Positions 40,466 through 53,783 of a stretch of 64,000 bases of DNA are shown piece by piece (position 1 is the first letter of the stretch; each line of letters opens with the position of its first letter). The translations under genes and the position numbers were made by a program. A model generated the notes under the pieces. It was not told the DNA's origin. It did no database searches and was given only the letters and a program-made list of their open reading frames with translations. Source of the stretch: Balanoglossus misakiensis (Eukaryota; Animalia; Hemichordata); assembly GCA_040954595.2 (NCBI GenBank), contig CM082592.2, positions 8,543,677 to 8,607,676 on the forward strand. Reading direction: 5' to 3'.

Positions 40466-42195
40466 CATGTACATGTACATTCATATATTCATACTGGTCT
40501 CATTGCCATTTGTTATGTATCAGAAGAGTTTCGTATGTCTAGCCTTTGTAATAACATATAGTCCGAATGAGGAAGTTGTTTTATGGAGTTTTAGATCCTA
40601 TTAGCTAGCAACTATGCTGGAGTCAACATCCGTGCTGGTATTTATTGAATTTATTGGTTTCCATATGTCTGTGTAGACATTGCATTGCATATATGTAGGA
40701 CTGAGTCAGTTCCCCACTGATTTTATCATATTGTTTAAAATGATTTCACAAAAAAATCAAATTTGTTTGTTTATATTTATTCAACAGTGCTTTGAAAAAT
40801 CTTGTCTGTTCTAAGAATAATTGGTCAGAAATGAGTTATCAACTATGCAAAACAAGTGACTGTCATCCTGCACGTGTAGCCACAAGCTCGTCCCTGTACA
40901 AACACACCATCGGGGAAGAAACAATGCAGTCCCCTTCAAATATGAACATACAGCCTTGTACAGAATACACAAAGCAAAAAAAAAATGAACCAAGGTAGCA
41001 CAGGTAATTCTCTCATAAAGCTTCTTTTGACCTTTTCTCGGGGACGCGAGATATAGCCGTGAAGATTGGAGAAGTGCCAATAACTTGGTAGTAATTGGAA
41101 GGTCAGTTAACGGTGATAAAAAATATGAGGGAAGGTCTAAGTTATTTGTTTAATTTTTCTCAAGGTGCGCGCATTATTACCCCGATCCATTTATCTGCCT
41201 TAACCTTCTGTCCCTAGTTTTCACGTACCTTTCATTTCAAGAATTGTAATTTTCTGAGAAATGTTGATATTACTGAATAGTTCTCTGTGTGTACACCTCT
41301 TGAGAAATGACACTTCTGTAAGATTTATGCTTGTACCCTGAAAAATTATAATAAACCTGCATTTGGCTTCTCATTGAAATTTAATTCCAGTGAAAGCTGT
41401 GACATTTGGCAAGGAATTTCTATATGTATACAGAGTAAGATATCTGATCTTTTTTTATTTGCACGAGAGAATTCCGAGCTAGGATGATGTATAAAGCAAA
41501 TTAAGATACTCGCAGACTGAAAATCGGGTTTGCCCTGCGTTTCAACTTTGCCAGTGATTGGGGACGGTGGACTACTTCTATCACGGCCTGTCCGTTTGAT
41601 AGTGCAGGCATCACATGTAACATCTTGGCGATACATGACCTCTGGTGGTGACCCCTGTCTATTTTTACCACTCGCCAGTCGGGCGAAACAGCAACATGAT
41701 CAAGCTCTCTTGCCTGGTGGGGGCACAGTTGACCTGTTTTCAGTCTCATCAGCCCTGCACAAGTCCAGAGAACGTCGGACGTGTAATGCTACATGCATGT
41801 GTTAATCTCCAGCATTGTGCCAAGGTTCACAAAGGTGGATTGTACTGAATTTGCAGACAATCTGTCCATGGCAGAGATACGCAAACCCCCCCCCCCCCCC
41901 TCTGTTCTGTGTATTCTCCAGCAGCTGTGCTATGTTCAGTCCTGGGTAAATACAGCATGTTTTGGTCGAACGGCTGCCCAGGCACCAGGAGGAATTATCT
42001 CTTGTTTGTTAGAAATGCAGATGTTTACACCAGTAAGCCAAAGTTTAGTAAAAAAACAAACTACAGAATCACTGGGACAATATTCACTCCAAAACATTTT
42101 ACAAAAGGGATTTGTTTCCTATTGTTATAGTTTCATCTTGTTGCTAGACTTCATAACCAAGGTTATGGGGTTACTAGGTGAAAGAATATATGATA

Positions 42196-42197
<2 letters not shown>

Positions 42198-42229
<32 letters not shown>
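42198..42229. repeat. (GT)n microsatellite
   Basis: Direct reading of the sequence. Confidence 0.95.
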
Positions 42230-42230
<1 letters not shown>

Positions 42231-42925
42231 ACTGTATGTGTAAATACATGTACACATACACTGACACACACTGGTACATTGGTTTAGGCAAGCCGTCCAT
42301 CACACATATGAAATGCAACTATTTTACTTCTTACATTTCTTTATAATTCGTATGTACAGCACGTGATTATGGGCATGCAACTAGAGAGAACAGTTTGCAT
42401 TCATCGGCGCCGGTTGTATCTTCACAAAGCTAATGCCCAGAAAGGATCTTTTAAGTAATTACATTTTTTTTCCTGGTTTCTATCCCCAGAAGTAAAATGT
42501 CCACGCGTGAGGATTGCGGAAAAAGTACGACTTATATATCACAGTATTTAGAGGTCGTATCTAGGTCAGTTGAAATCTTACGTGCGTGTCTCTCTGTCTG
42601 TGCATTTTCTCTACAGATCGTCAACCTAATAGCGTACGTGACTCATTTTAACTGGTAATAGCCGACGGAAGCGTTGCCATAGTAACCCTCTGTGGTCCGC
42701 GTGTCATCTCTCGGCGGTTAAAAGCGACGCTGTTCTTTCTGTTGCTGTGTGTAACGAGGAAGACACCGGAAGGACAAATTGGCATTCCCGCCGACTGTCG
42801 TCCGGCATTGAAACAGAAACTGACTGTCTTTTTTTTCCGGAGAAGGTTGATTTGAAATCTTCGGAATTTTAATGTTCCTGTCAAGTTCGAGGTGATCCCG
42901 ACATCATCGAGGTGGAGTGTCCAAA

Positions 42926-45900
42926 ATGGTGAAGAAGACGTTTCAAGCGTATCTACCGGAGTGTCACCGCAAATACAGCTGTGTTCACTGCAGAGCTCAT
43001 CTGGCTAATCACGATGAGCTTATTTCAAAGGTAAGGGGAACAAGAGAGAGATAGAGAGAGAGAGTGGAGAGGGAGTGAGGGAGAGGGAGATAGAGAGAGT
43101 GAGGGAGGGAGTGAGTGAGGGAGAGGGAGAGAGACAAACAGAGAGAGAGTGAGACAGAGATGGAGAGAGGGGTAGGGATGGATGACAATGTGATATGGGA
43201 AAAAAATGAAACATTTGGTTCTGAGAGATACTGTGACTTGGCTTAAATCGGCCCTGGCCTCCTCCATGTGTGTCATCGTTTGTGACGGCTGTTAATTAGT
43301 CAAACGAACAGCGATCCTCTCGCGCCCATGCTGCCCACAGGTCAGGTGACTAAAACCTGTGCTGTAAGTAACCACAGTAACCACAATGTGCCTGAAGCAG
43401 ATACACATCGTGTGAAACATTCGTTATGTGACAAGCCCGACTATGAATTTACTTATTTGTGCAACACGTGATACAGTATGTGTTGTGAGGATGTCTGTCG
43501 TCGTATGTCACCCGTACAAAACATTCTTACAATATTAAAAGTAACGCTCATCCCGGTGTTGTATTACGGTCGTGCAAGACAGTTCGCCATGAGGGCTTCG
43601 CTCTGTAATTCTTATGACCATCCTCTGATGACAAATGCCCTTGATCAGATTTCAGGATAACACTGATAGCCTGTGAATGATTTTCCGCTAGCCATTCCTG
43701 TGAATATAAGTCTCTTGAAGAGCCTCTGCGAAGACCAGAAGTCGAATTGATAATCAAGAGCGCGCCGTCTGCACAAAGGGGAAATTAATTAACCCCAAGG
43801 GCCCGTGACGGTATACCCCTGGCTGAAGGGACCACATCGCCGTAATTGTTTGACGCAGCCCTGGGAGCTGTAAATTTTCACCTGTCTCGGTTACTCAGTT
43901 TTGTGTTTTAAAGCCAGGAAATTCCACTTTGTTCCTGCCGTTCAAAGCCCGCAGTCAAGCTGTGTCCACAGATCCTCCTGACCGTGCAAATATGTGAAAA
44001 TTACAGTGTAAACCAATGTTTAAAATCTTGACATGAAGTGGGGGTGTGTACATTGTCTCTTGTGTGTACCCTGAGCTTTCAGCGATGTGCCTTTGCCTGA
44101 TACTCTTTAAATTAAAACATGTCCGATTTGCATATTAAGGTGTCAACAGATGTTCAATTACCAATACTGAAAATGCATCTGGTTTGCATATTAAGGTGTC
44201 AACAGATGTCAGTGAACAAATACTCAAGCAAATATAGCCCGGCGTTGATATTGAAATATATCACCTGTTAAAATATTTCAAAGATGTAAGCAGTAGTTCA
44301 GATATGTTCATTATTGCAGAGTCGAGAGTTAAAGGTTATAGTTCAAAGTGGAAAGGTCATTTATGTTCCGCTCTCACTGAAATAGCTTCCCCATGCCTGC
44401 TGTTCAAAGGCATGATTTGAATACTTTTTGGGTGTAATTTGTGGTATGTCCCATAAATTGTGTCAATGATGCCTTAATAGGTTATCTATAGATAGAGTGT
44501 GTCGTAGACATGTAACAAATGGTGATTCAGTGCATCTCTTGGTATAACATGCACTCTAAGCAGATTTCAGCATTTATCACCAAATGTTTTCTTTTCTAAA
44601 ACAGAAACATCCACATTAACGTCATTTAAGGGAGCGATTTTATCCCCATAATTTGAATGTACTTTTTTAACTTCCTCATCCATCATACTTTTTTCTCCCG
44701 CTTGCTTGAACAAAAAGGTTAAAGGGGAAATCCGCTGTAGCTGATTTCTACATAATTTGGTAGCTTGGTGTCACTGGGCGACAGACTAGGCGTATTTTCA
44801 TAGCTATTGTTTGTTCTTTGCATCAGTTGATAAACAATCATCAGCAAAGTCGAAAATTTGTCATCTATTGACAGTTTTCATGAGCTATAACCCATGAAAA
44901 ATATGCAAATACGCTTAGCTTGTGACACAGTGACACCAATCGGAAAATGGTATCACCCACACCAAGGTGGGCGGAAGTTGGTCCTGGCGCTTTTTTTCCC
45001 ATGATTCAAATTACAGTAAACGCCATATTGGAAATTCTGCCAACTTTCCCTAGATTTTGTAAAAAATCGCGCGACCTATACATGGCGAATATGTTTTTTT
45101 CTGAAAGAGAGACATCAAAGCTACCAAATTATGTAGAAATCAGCTACAGCGGATTTCCCCTTTAACTATTTTTTTTTCAGATTTTGCTCACAGCTCTCTG
45201 CTGTGTAGTATGAGAGGACAGATGGTTCAGACCTATTAGCGGTAAAATGACATTTATGACTGTACATGTAAATGCTAAAGGTGAAAAGGGAATGTTAAAA
45301 TTCAATCACAACAGTTTCATGATTAATCCTAATGACTGTGTTTTCCATTTGGTGTCTGAGTAATTGCAGATAGAAAAAAAAATCATTGCTGATCGATGTA
45401 AATTGACCATGGGCAAAGGTCGGATATATTTTGTTCCATGAAAGAATATTGCAATGAAAATGCGAAGTTTTGATGAAAATTGTCATGAATTGAATAAAAA
45501 AATGTAGCCCAAAAATTGTAGTCTGCACGTACGTCGAAACAAAATATTCTGATATGAAAGCGATATAAATTACCCCATTGAGAGAAAAATTAGGTCTGAT
45601 TGACCCCCAAAGTTGTAGTCTGCACGTACGAGAAAAAATCGAGCATAAAAGAAGGTATTAATTACCCCCATGAGAGAAAAATAAGTCTGATTGGTGCTAA
45701 ATAGGCAGGGATGGAGAGTAAGGATTTTCATCGATGAGGTCCCAACCAGATTTCTTTGAAGGCTTTCCCATTAAAAGCAGCGATGATGCAGCTGTGTAGT
45801 GTCTTAATCGTGCCAGCATTGTGCATGAAAATCATCGCCACGATTTGTACATCTATGAGCTATTCATGTTGTTTCCCATTCACAGGGTTATAGCTTGACA

Positions 45901-48900
45901 GAGCATGAAAATCTGACGAAGAACCTTCCACTAAGGATTTTTTTTATCATTTGGCATCATATAAGAGCCGAGATTAGCATCGGAAGGAGAGGAAAAATAA
46001 CCACTTGTATTTTGATTGAATGACTCAATCAGTTTCTTTGAATTTCCATCTGCAAAGGATGATTTTTACCTGTACCTGGTTGTTGATTTTTCCGGCCCTA
46101 GTGCTGTTTCCTTTGCAAACATTGCCATGGCAACAGGAAGGGTTGCCATGGCGAAAAATGGAAGATGGAGCGCAATCTGTCTCTGTCATTCATAAATTGC
46201 TTCTGAATCACTTTTCGGGCTGCCCTGGCCTGGCTGATAGCCTGGCGATGCCTGTTGCCAGGCAGCTGCCAACTTTCCCAGGGTGTCGTCTGCTTCCCTG
46301 AAAGGGCAGATAATCAATGACTGGTTTCGCTGTCTGTCCAGCCCTGTCTCGAGCATGGTCGAAGGAGGAGGGATTATTGATTTGTTTGTACTGACAGCGC
46401 CTTTTGGAAACTGTAGAGTCATGGCCACTCGTGGTATAGCCGTTTAAGAGTTCATCAATGTTTGAAGCAGAAAAAAAATAAAAAATAAAAATGATCTCTC
46501 ATATGAAGAGCATTCTCCACCAGAAGCTGTGATGCATGATAGTAAGTCTGTCAATTGCCATCTTCGGGGTTTCTGAGAATCGTGTTCTGGGCTCCTCTGA
46601 TGAGATCCCACAATGCAGCGAGGCATGCTCGTGATAGCCGTTGGTATTCATGCCTCTCTGAAGGCATAATTTGTGTCACCATGGAAACAGATCGTCTCGA
46701 TTTTACCGACCCTGCGGTAATTGCTGATTTATGCAATGTTTGACGTGCTGGGCTGCAGACTCTGTCCTCAATTCATATTGGCAAATTATGGATGGGCTTC
46801 TTTTCTCCAGGGAATGTAAATCATGCATGCACTTTAGTATTTCATGAAGAAATAGATCTCCTTCACAAAGCAGACTAATCCTTCATCATTCCCACATATA
46901 TACATTCCCACATATTCAATACAGGTTTTGTTTGGAGAAATTCTTTCGGCATATATGTGCATATAATAGTAACCATCGCGCAAAGCAACTTTGATGTTTT
47001 ACTACCATTGCCATGATTGTAGCAAAGAAAAAATGCATTTGAAAGCATGGAATGCTCCATCCAGCTTCATATTGTGATCTGTTTGCTAAGAGAACACAAC
47101 AGGAAAAGTGTGACGCAATTTAAAAACTCACTATGACTGAAAAGTGCAAGCGTTTGTTGTTGTAATACCTGCATATGTTCACAAATTTAAAAATAGAAAA
47201 TGTGTTCAATTAGAACCCTGTGTGCCTGGGCGGTCTGTAAATAATTCTGCTGGCATGTTTTTGTTTGAATTTATGTTGACATAATATCATGCGTGTCAGC
47301 TTTGTTAATGTTCCGTTCCAACTGCCCACTCCCTATTTATATAGTGGTATGATCCACCTTGTCATAGAAAACGGTTGTCTTCATTAAGGTTTCAGGGGTG
47401 GGGGAGGGACCATCTCCTAGTTTCAAGTCAGCCGTACTTGAGGAGTCAGTGGGTACATGTAGTTTGGTGGATGGATGGATTGCTTGATGTATTGATGGAT
47501 GGATGGTCGATGGACAGATGGATGGATGGATGGATGGATCATGGATGGATGGATGGGACAGTTGGCTGGATGAGACAGTAAACATCATACTATAGTGATA
47601 TTATACAGTTTGATCAGTCTCGTATCGATAGTTATTGCTCACGGCTGAAATAGAAGTGTTTTATAGTTTATACACAAGTTATTTCACAAGGAGTGTTGGT
47701 CAGCCTCTGCTGACAAGATGGCCATCCATCTTGAAGAAAAACAGTATTAACTTTCAAGGGCAAACTGATGGTAGCCATGGAAGCGGATGAGAGAGAGAGT
47801 CGGTTGAGGTGGGGTTGCCTAGAAACTGGTTAAGTTAACCTCTTCTGTTTTCATTTGCAGTCTTTTCAGGGTAGCCAAGGCCGTGCCTATTTGTTCAACT
47901 CAGTGTGAGTAGATTTTAATTACATGTATGTGTGAGAGTGTATGTGTGTTAATTGTGGTGATGATTGGGAAACACATGACTCTATGGTTTCCTTGTGCTG
48001 TCAAGAACATCTGCAACAAGTGGTTGATCAAAATGTGCGTGATCAAGATTCCACTTTGGCTGCTCTCAAGTCTAGTAATGTCTGATTTTAGATTTTATTT
48101 GAATGTGATGTCTGGAAGTTTTATTGTATAGAGATGCACGGAGATATCACAAAAGATGTGTTAATTGTTTATCTCTGATGCATCCATTGAAATATGTTTA
48201 TGTTTCCAGCCGAATTACGCAAAACCAATGAAACTATTTGCACAAAATCCCCAAAGGCTTTTGCCTAAAAATGGAAGCGGTTTATTCAGTGAAACAGTAC
48301 AATTCGTCACTGCCGGCACATGAATAGAGTTGCGTGTGTCATGCATACATATTTGAATGGCCGCATGAAGTCATATTTTGTCTGGTTGCCACGGCAACGT
48401 CGTGATATCAGCATCGCTTGATATCGATTTCCACAATACAAGTCATTATTGTCCATTGGTAAAAATAGAAAATTATAAATAATGAAAGAAATGTGAACGT
48501 TTTAATGAGTAGCTTGTGTATGTTGATCGTGCTGTGTGATATGACACACACACCCTAACGCACATACTATTAAATATCCTTCTCGAGAAATTTTCTTATT
48601 CGTTTTATATACAGCATAGTTATTACAGACATATTGATTTCATCAATTGTATTCTAGACTGTCATATTGACTGTACCCATTTTCTTTTCATTTCCCTCCC
48701 CCACCCCCAACCCCTGGGTTTTGATCACACAGTGTCAATGTTGGCTGTGGCCCCGCAGAAGAGAGAGTGCTACTCACAGGCCTACACGCCGTGGCCGACA
48801 TCTACTGTGAATGTTGCAAGACCACCTTGGGATGGAAATACGTAAGTGTTACCACAGCAATCCTCGGTGACGACGCAAAAGGTCAAAGGTCACCGAGTGC

Positions 48901-49164
48901 CATCTCCAAGTCTTCGCCAAGAATGTGATGTCACGTCCGAGAAAGAGAGTGCAGTAAACATGTTGATTTGTCCTCACAACATTTCAGAATTGTGGGAAAA
49001 TAAACAAAGGGTAAAAAGCTATGAAAAACACTAAAAGATCTTTTTTTTTTGCTCTTCTTTCCTTTTTTCAGGAGCATGCCTTTGAAACCAGCCAGAAATA
49101 CAAAGAAGGCAAGTACATTATAGAACTGGCTCATATGATCAAAGACAATGGATGGGACTCGTGA
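42926..49164 (+). CDS. YPEL: Yippee-like protein (YPEL1/2/3-type), 116 aa; join(42926..43030,47861..47904,48733..48841,49072..49164)
   Basis: Spliced translation [116 protein letters not shown]; two CxxC zinc pairs; all introns GT..AG with frame preserved; the first coding exon has an acceptor at 42616, so non-coding exons lie upstream. Confidence 0.96.
43042..43175. repeat. GA-rich polypurine low-complexity tract at the start of the YPEL first coding intron
   Basis: Imperfect (GA)n/(GGA)n run read directly. Confidence 0.9.
44723..45161. mobile_element. Kolobok-type MITE copy 2 (180 bp internal deletion) in YPEL intron
   Basis: TTAA at 44719-44722 and 45162-45165; near-identical to 1438-2056 in the same orientation, lacking the segment equal to ~1481-1660. 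Confidence 0.88.
45508..45692. repeat. Imperfect ~97 bp tandem duplication
   Basis: ttgtagtctgcacgtacg...aattacccc...gagagaaaaat...gtctgattg occurs twice in tandem. Confidence 0.75.
47468..47556. repeat. Imperfect (GGAT)n microsatellite
   Basis: Direct reading of the sequence. Confidence 0.9.
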
Positions 49165-52100
49165 AACTTCCTCCCCTGTTCGCTGACCGCAACGGAAAAC
49201 GCTGGAATTGAGGATGTATTGCCCCCATCACCCTAAGAGAGAATGGGATATTCACATTATCAACATTATGTGTTGTGTGACTTCTCCATGTCCGGGCTTT
49301 TTGTGGTTGCTGTACGCCAGTGGTGTTGTTGACTGTGTATCCAGACTTTTATTCTCTTGGAGTATTCCGAACAGCCTGTCTGCAGTGAAACGCGATCAGT
49401 GTCACGAACATGTACTACTACAGAAATTTAAACCAGACTCAGAGTAATTTTTTTGCTATAAAAGTTTATTTATGTGAAGTTTTTTAAAGTCTATTTCTTA
49501 TTTATGAAGAAGAGAGAAACAGAAGAAAAGAAAAAAAAGGTTTGCTGTTGTTGGCACGCTTTTTTGACGATGTGTGACACGTTTTTTATAACTGTCATGG
49601 TGATGTCATCTTGAAGTTGCGTGGAACGTTGAACAAAAAACGGAAAAAAGTAAACAACAACACAAAGATATTTTATATGAAACTGAAAGTGCAAATATGA
49701 ATTCTGTAACAACGCAGAATGGATGAGTTCGCTGAACGGACAGTGTCATTTACTTAAACAGAGGTTGGAGTTAGCTTTAAAAAACAGTGTAAGCTATCAT
49801 CTCGGATTGGGCCAGCTCAACGGATGTGTTTGCAGGAAAGAAGGATATGGTTATTGGACCAACTGCACTGCGTTCGGAAAGGATGGTTTTGCAAGCGTGT
49901 GTGAATAGTCTGCCATCAAGCGACAGTGAAAATTTCTAACACTTCGATGGTAGCCAGCGAATCAGCATGGCGCTGTTAAGCAACTGGTTCCGTGGGTGAA
50001 ACAATATCGTCATCAGACAAGAAAAGACAAAGCAGTTTTCTTGAACCTGAATAAGTTTGTTCTTGATAATATCAAATCTTCTTTGTGTACAATGTATATA
50101 TATATATATATAGTCTGGCAAGGATTATATAATGGTGATTTAGCCATCCCATCTTTCAGGAACAAAGATGAACAAACTTGTTCCCCCCATCATAGAAGAC
50201 CAACAATAATAATATCAAAACCACTTCTTGGTCAAATGGGGAGATGTTTCAAGATCGACCCATCCCCAGTTATAAACATCTGGGCCGAATAATTTATTTT
50301 GGTAAAATAGGGGATAACACTTCACGTTATTTGATATAGAGAACTGTTGGAAGAACATTGTCAGACACTAGTCGTTTTTATGGTCACCGTTCACTGTTTT
50401 AAGGTTATGAGATTATTTGTCATTGTATGTTGTATAATCTTGTAGAGATTTTTTGTTTTCCGTTGATTTACAGTGTGTGTAAAATGTTCCCATTTATATA
50501 TCTGCCAAAATGCACAAAATGGTACTTGCTGGAGGAAAATTTGAAAGTCAAAGCACCAGTTCTTTGTCCATGTATGTTTGCATGTGCATTGAAGTCTAAA
50601 GAAAAAAAGTGGCTGGCTGTATTTTAACTTAATTGTTGACATGTAAGAAAGCACCTGATAGGCTGGTAAGATGACCTTTTACCTTTGATCCTGTGAGGTC
50701 AAGTCAAAGGTTAGCACACCTGCTGTTAAACATTCCAAAATCCAAAATTATCCAAGTACTGCTTGGTGCTTTCCAGATTCTAATTGTCGGTGTATGTGGC
50801 TGGCTCTCCAGAGAGTCTGGGTTTCAAAGATTGTGGTAAAATTTGCACCTGTGCTGGTAGTTTGCGTTGAGGTGAAGAGCCCTGAGGCAACATCATCAAA
50901 TCGAGTCTTTCACACAAAATATCTGATAATTCTCCCTGTCCTGTAACCATAGGGATTTTTCTTATTAAGTCGTGTCGTCATGGTGATGACTGCAGGTGTC
51001 ATCGTGATAGTGGTTGTCGTGGTGTTCACTCTCATTTGAAAGCCCCGGCAGCATTATGTAAGACAGAACGTGAGAACTCCAGGTGTCTGGTGGTTGTTGT
51101 AGCACCTCTGTACATTTCACTGGAACCAGCAAGTGAAATTGTGTTGCCGGGAGAGAGAGACAGAGAGAGCACTCCTTGTGACCGGGATAAAGAACGACTG
51201 ACAGAGATAATCCTTTGTGATTCTGTTTTGTCGGCACTCAATTGTGAAATGTGAGAGCTTACTTCGGTGAAGCCATGAAAAAAAAATTCATCAGCGAATG
51301 AGAGGTCGGTTGTTCCGCATTAAGCTGTACATGACAGCGTGGCATAGCCTTGATTGAAGAGTGGCTCTTGTTGCAATGTAATTAGTTTACGTGTGCATCA
51401 GAGTTGTGTCCGTTGATGGATGATTGTGTCTTTATTGAGGTCGTTGCACGCGTGCGGAAGTCAACGTGGATGATCTTCTTCTTCTCGTTGCCATGACAAT
51501 CTAAAATTCTTGGGCCCACCTTTCGTTGGATGGAAGTATGGTGTTGAATGTGATACAAACAACATCAGTGAAATGCAGAAGTAAATTAAGTGTATGGAAA
51601 AGACCAGTCGCACACAACAAAATCTGGTGCTGTTGGTTTGGTTTCAGGTTCAAATGCCTCTGGGGGTGGAAGCAGATATGCATCGAGCGACTCCAGCAAG
51701 TGTAAGATGAGAGAGAGGGTTTCTGAAAGCTTCCGTTTAAGAACAAAAAAGTGCTGAATGGCAAAAGGTTTGCTTGAAAAGATATACGCACAATACAAAT
51801 GATGCATTGATCCAAGCCAGGCGACAGTTTGTTGACATCATCTGTTGCCTTTGCACAAAAAGACATTGGAGATGAGATTGCATAATCTCAAAACTTGTCT
51901 GCAGCTGTGTGTGTTAACAGTTTAATGTAACACATCTGCTCCTTGCATCATTAAAGTGACAATTTTATTTGACGTTTTTTGGTCAGTGTCTGTCTGTTAC
52001 ACTGATTTGTGGCGAATCATTGGTTAATCGAGATCTGTGTGCGTTGTCGTGAGATGCATGTGCAGTATGTTGATGACATCATTTTTTGCAATGTCGGTGG

Positions 52101-53040
52101 ACTAGTCTGGCCACGTGTGCTGGCTGTGTCACTGTGCGCATTTGATGTTTGAACATGGGCAACAGAATGGCTGAGGGTTTGTTAATGTTTGGTTGTGTCT
52201 ATGTAGACACAAGGCTAATAGAAGACAGACAAATAAGTGTGAGTATTGACCCGTGGATGGAAAACACTTGAGAAGAGCCACAGAACCACTATTCCATTCA
52301 ACCAGCACAGTGCATGCAGTGAATTCAAAACCAATTTTGCCATATCGCGCTGAAGTGTAATAGGTGCATTCTAGTTCAGCAGATTTTTTTCTAGCTGGTG
52401 ATTTTTTAAATCCTTTTTGGGAAATTTTTTTTTATGCCTGTCTTGAACGCACATTGATGATTCTATAGGCATATAAATCCTATACACCCAGAAAACGTAC
52501 AAAATAATGCGCTTATATCCATGCAGTTTTGGTATGTTTCATATAACTTTTGTGACCATGCTGTAGGCTCTACCCCTCTCCCCCACCTCCTTGTGGTTCG
52601 ATCCTGTTTGTTTCAATGGTACAGTTGGACTCTTAGACAGGAAAGTGGGGGAGGGGAGGGAGCAAAAGATAACTGATTGTGCACTGGAGGGGATATTGAT
52701 ATTGGTCCACAGTTATATACCCACCTCCAAAGCCAGCAGTGTTCAAGTCATTTTTACAGCTACGAACAAAGAAATGGGACATTTTTCAGTTTTGAAAGAG
52801 CGCATAATATTGCTTGGCTAGTCCTCATATAGTAAATTTACATACGTTTCTGCTGGTCTCGTTTTCTCCCAAACTATACGACGGACAAGCACTCTTTCAG
52901 AACATGCACACCAAAAAGTATTTATATACAGTAGATGTTGTGATTATTTGTGTGTTTTGTATGGAAACCGCTGTGTGTGTTTCACATTTTTCGTCTTAAG
53001 ATAACGTGTACCTTTGTTTTGTCAAGTTTTGTTTCACAGA

Positions 53041-53163
53041 ATTAAAAGAAGATTCTTGACAATTCTTTTATGTACGAGTAATTAGACTATTTTGCAGTCT
53101 GACTTTATGTAAACAGTGTACCAATGGTGTACGCTGAAAAAAGCTTTTATCATCATCAATAAA
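53041..53163 (+). terminator. Candidate YPEL polyadenylation signals (ATTAAA 53041, AATAAA 53158)
   Basis: Hexamers after a U/GU-rich stretch and just before the U1 promoter; assignment to YPEL is inferred. Confidence 0.45.
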
Positions 53164-53532
53164 AGAAGCCTTACGTTCTCAAATTTAGTCTTCCGTATCT
53201 TGTTCTGTCTGTATTCTGTGAGAGATTTGAGGAAGAACACTAAACCAGTATCCGTGTACAAAATTTCCTCCAAAGAAAATTGCTTATTACACTATATCCC
53301 TTATTTGTTGAGAGATTAGTCATCAGATACAAAGACAAACTGTGTGTGGTCCATTCAACATAGTATGTCATTTGAAAATGAAAACTTATAACTTGCCTAA
53401 GGAAACAACTAATTGTTGCGATGATGACTATAGAGGGCGCCATTGTGGTCCTAGACTCATTCAATGCAGTAATATTTGAATAACAATAGAAATCTACATA
53501 ACCCGGCCCCGATTGGTTGTTGCAGTATTTTC

Positions 53533-53552
53533 TACAACCGTAGTAAGATTTT
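53533..53552 (+). promoter_or_regulatory. Candidate snRNA proximal sequence element (PSE)
   Basis: tacaaccgtagtaagatttt at about -60 to -45 from the U1 start, resembling the metazoan PSE (TCACCNTNA.T.AAAG) at the expected position. Confidence 0.5.
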
Positions 53553-53594
53553 TGTGGTCGTAGTATATAAACTTATTTCAGACAGATATCGAGC

Positions 53595-53760
53595 ATACTT
53601 ACCTGGCACAGGGGTTAACCGTGATCAAAAAGGCGGTTCCCCCAGAGTGAGGCCCTCGCATTGCACTATCGCGTGGGTTGAAGTCTGCGATCACCCCAAA
53701 TGTGGGTGACTCGGGTGCATAATTTATGGTAGTGGGGGACTGCGTTCGCGCTATCCCCTG
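53595..53760 (+). ncRNA. U1: U1 spliceosomal snRNA
   Basis: 5' ATACTTACCTGG; stem-loop I loop GATCAAAAAG; stem-loop II loop ATTGCAC (U1A site); Sm site AATTTATGG; stem-loop IV GGGGGACTGCGTTCGCGCTATCCCCTG; 166 nt. Confidence 0.97.
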
Positions 53761-53771
53761 ATCTTTAAACT

Positions 53772-53783
53772 CAAAGAATAGAA
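53772..53783 (+). terminator. Candidate snRNA 3' box
   Basis: CAAAGAATAGAA 11 nt after the U1 3' end; resembles the purine-rich CAAAGAAAGAAAA element of sea urchin U1 genes. Confidence 0.5.

Noticed and set aside
52595-52604. Perfect GGTTCGATCC B box
   Set aside because: Isolated motif with no tRNA structure around it.
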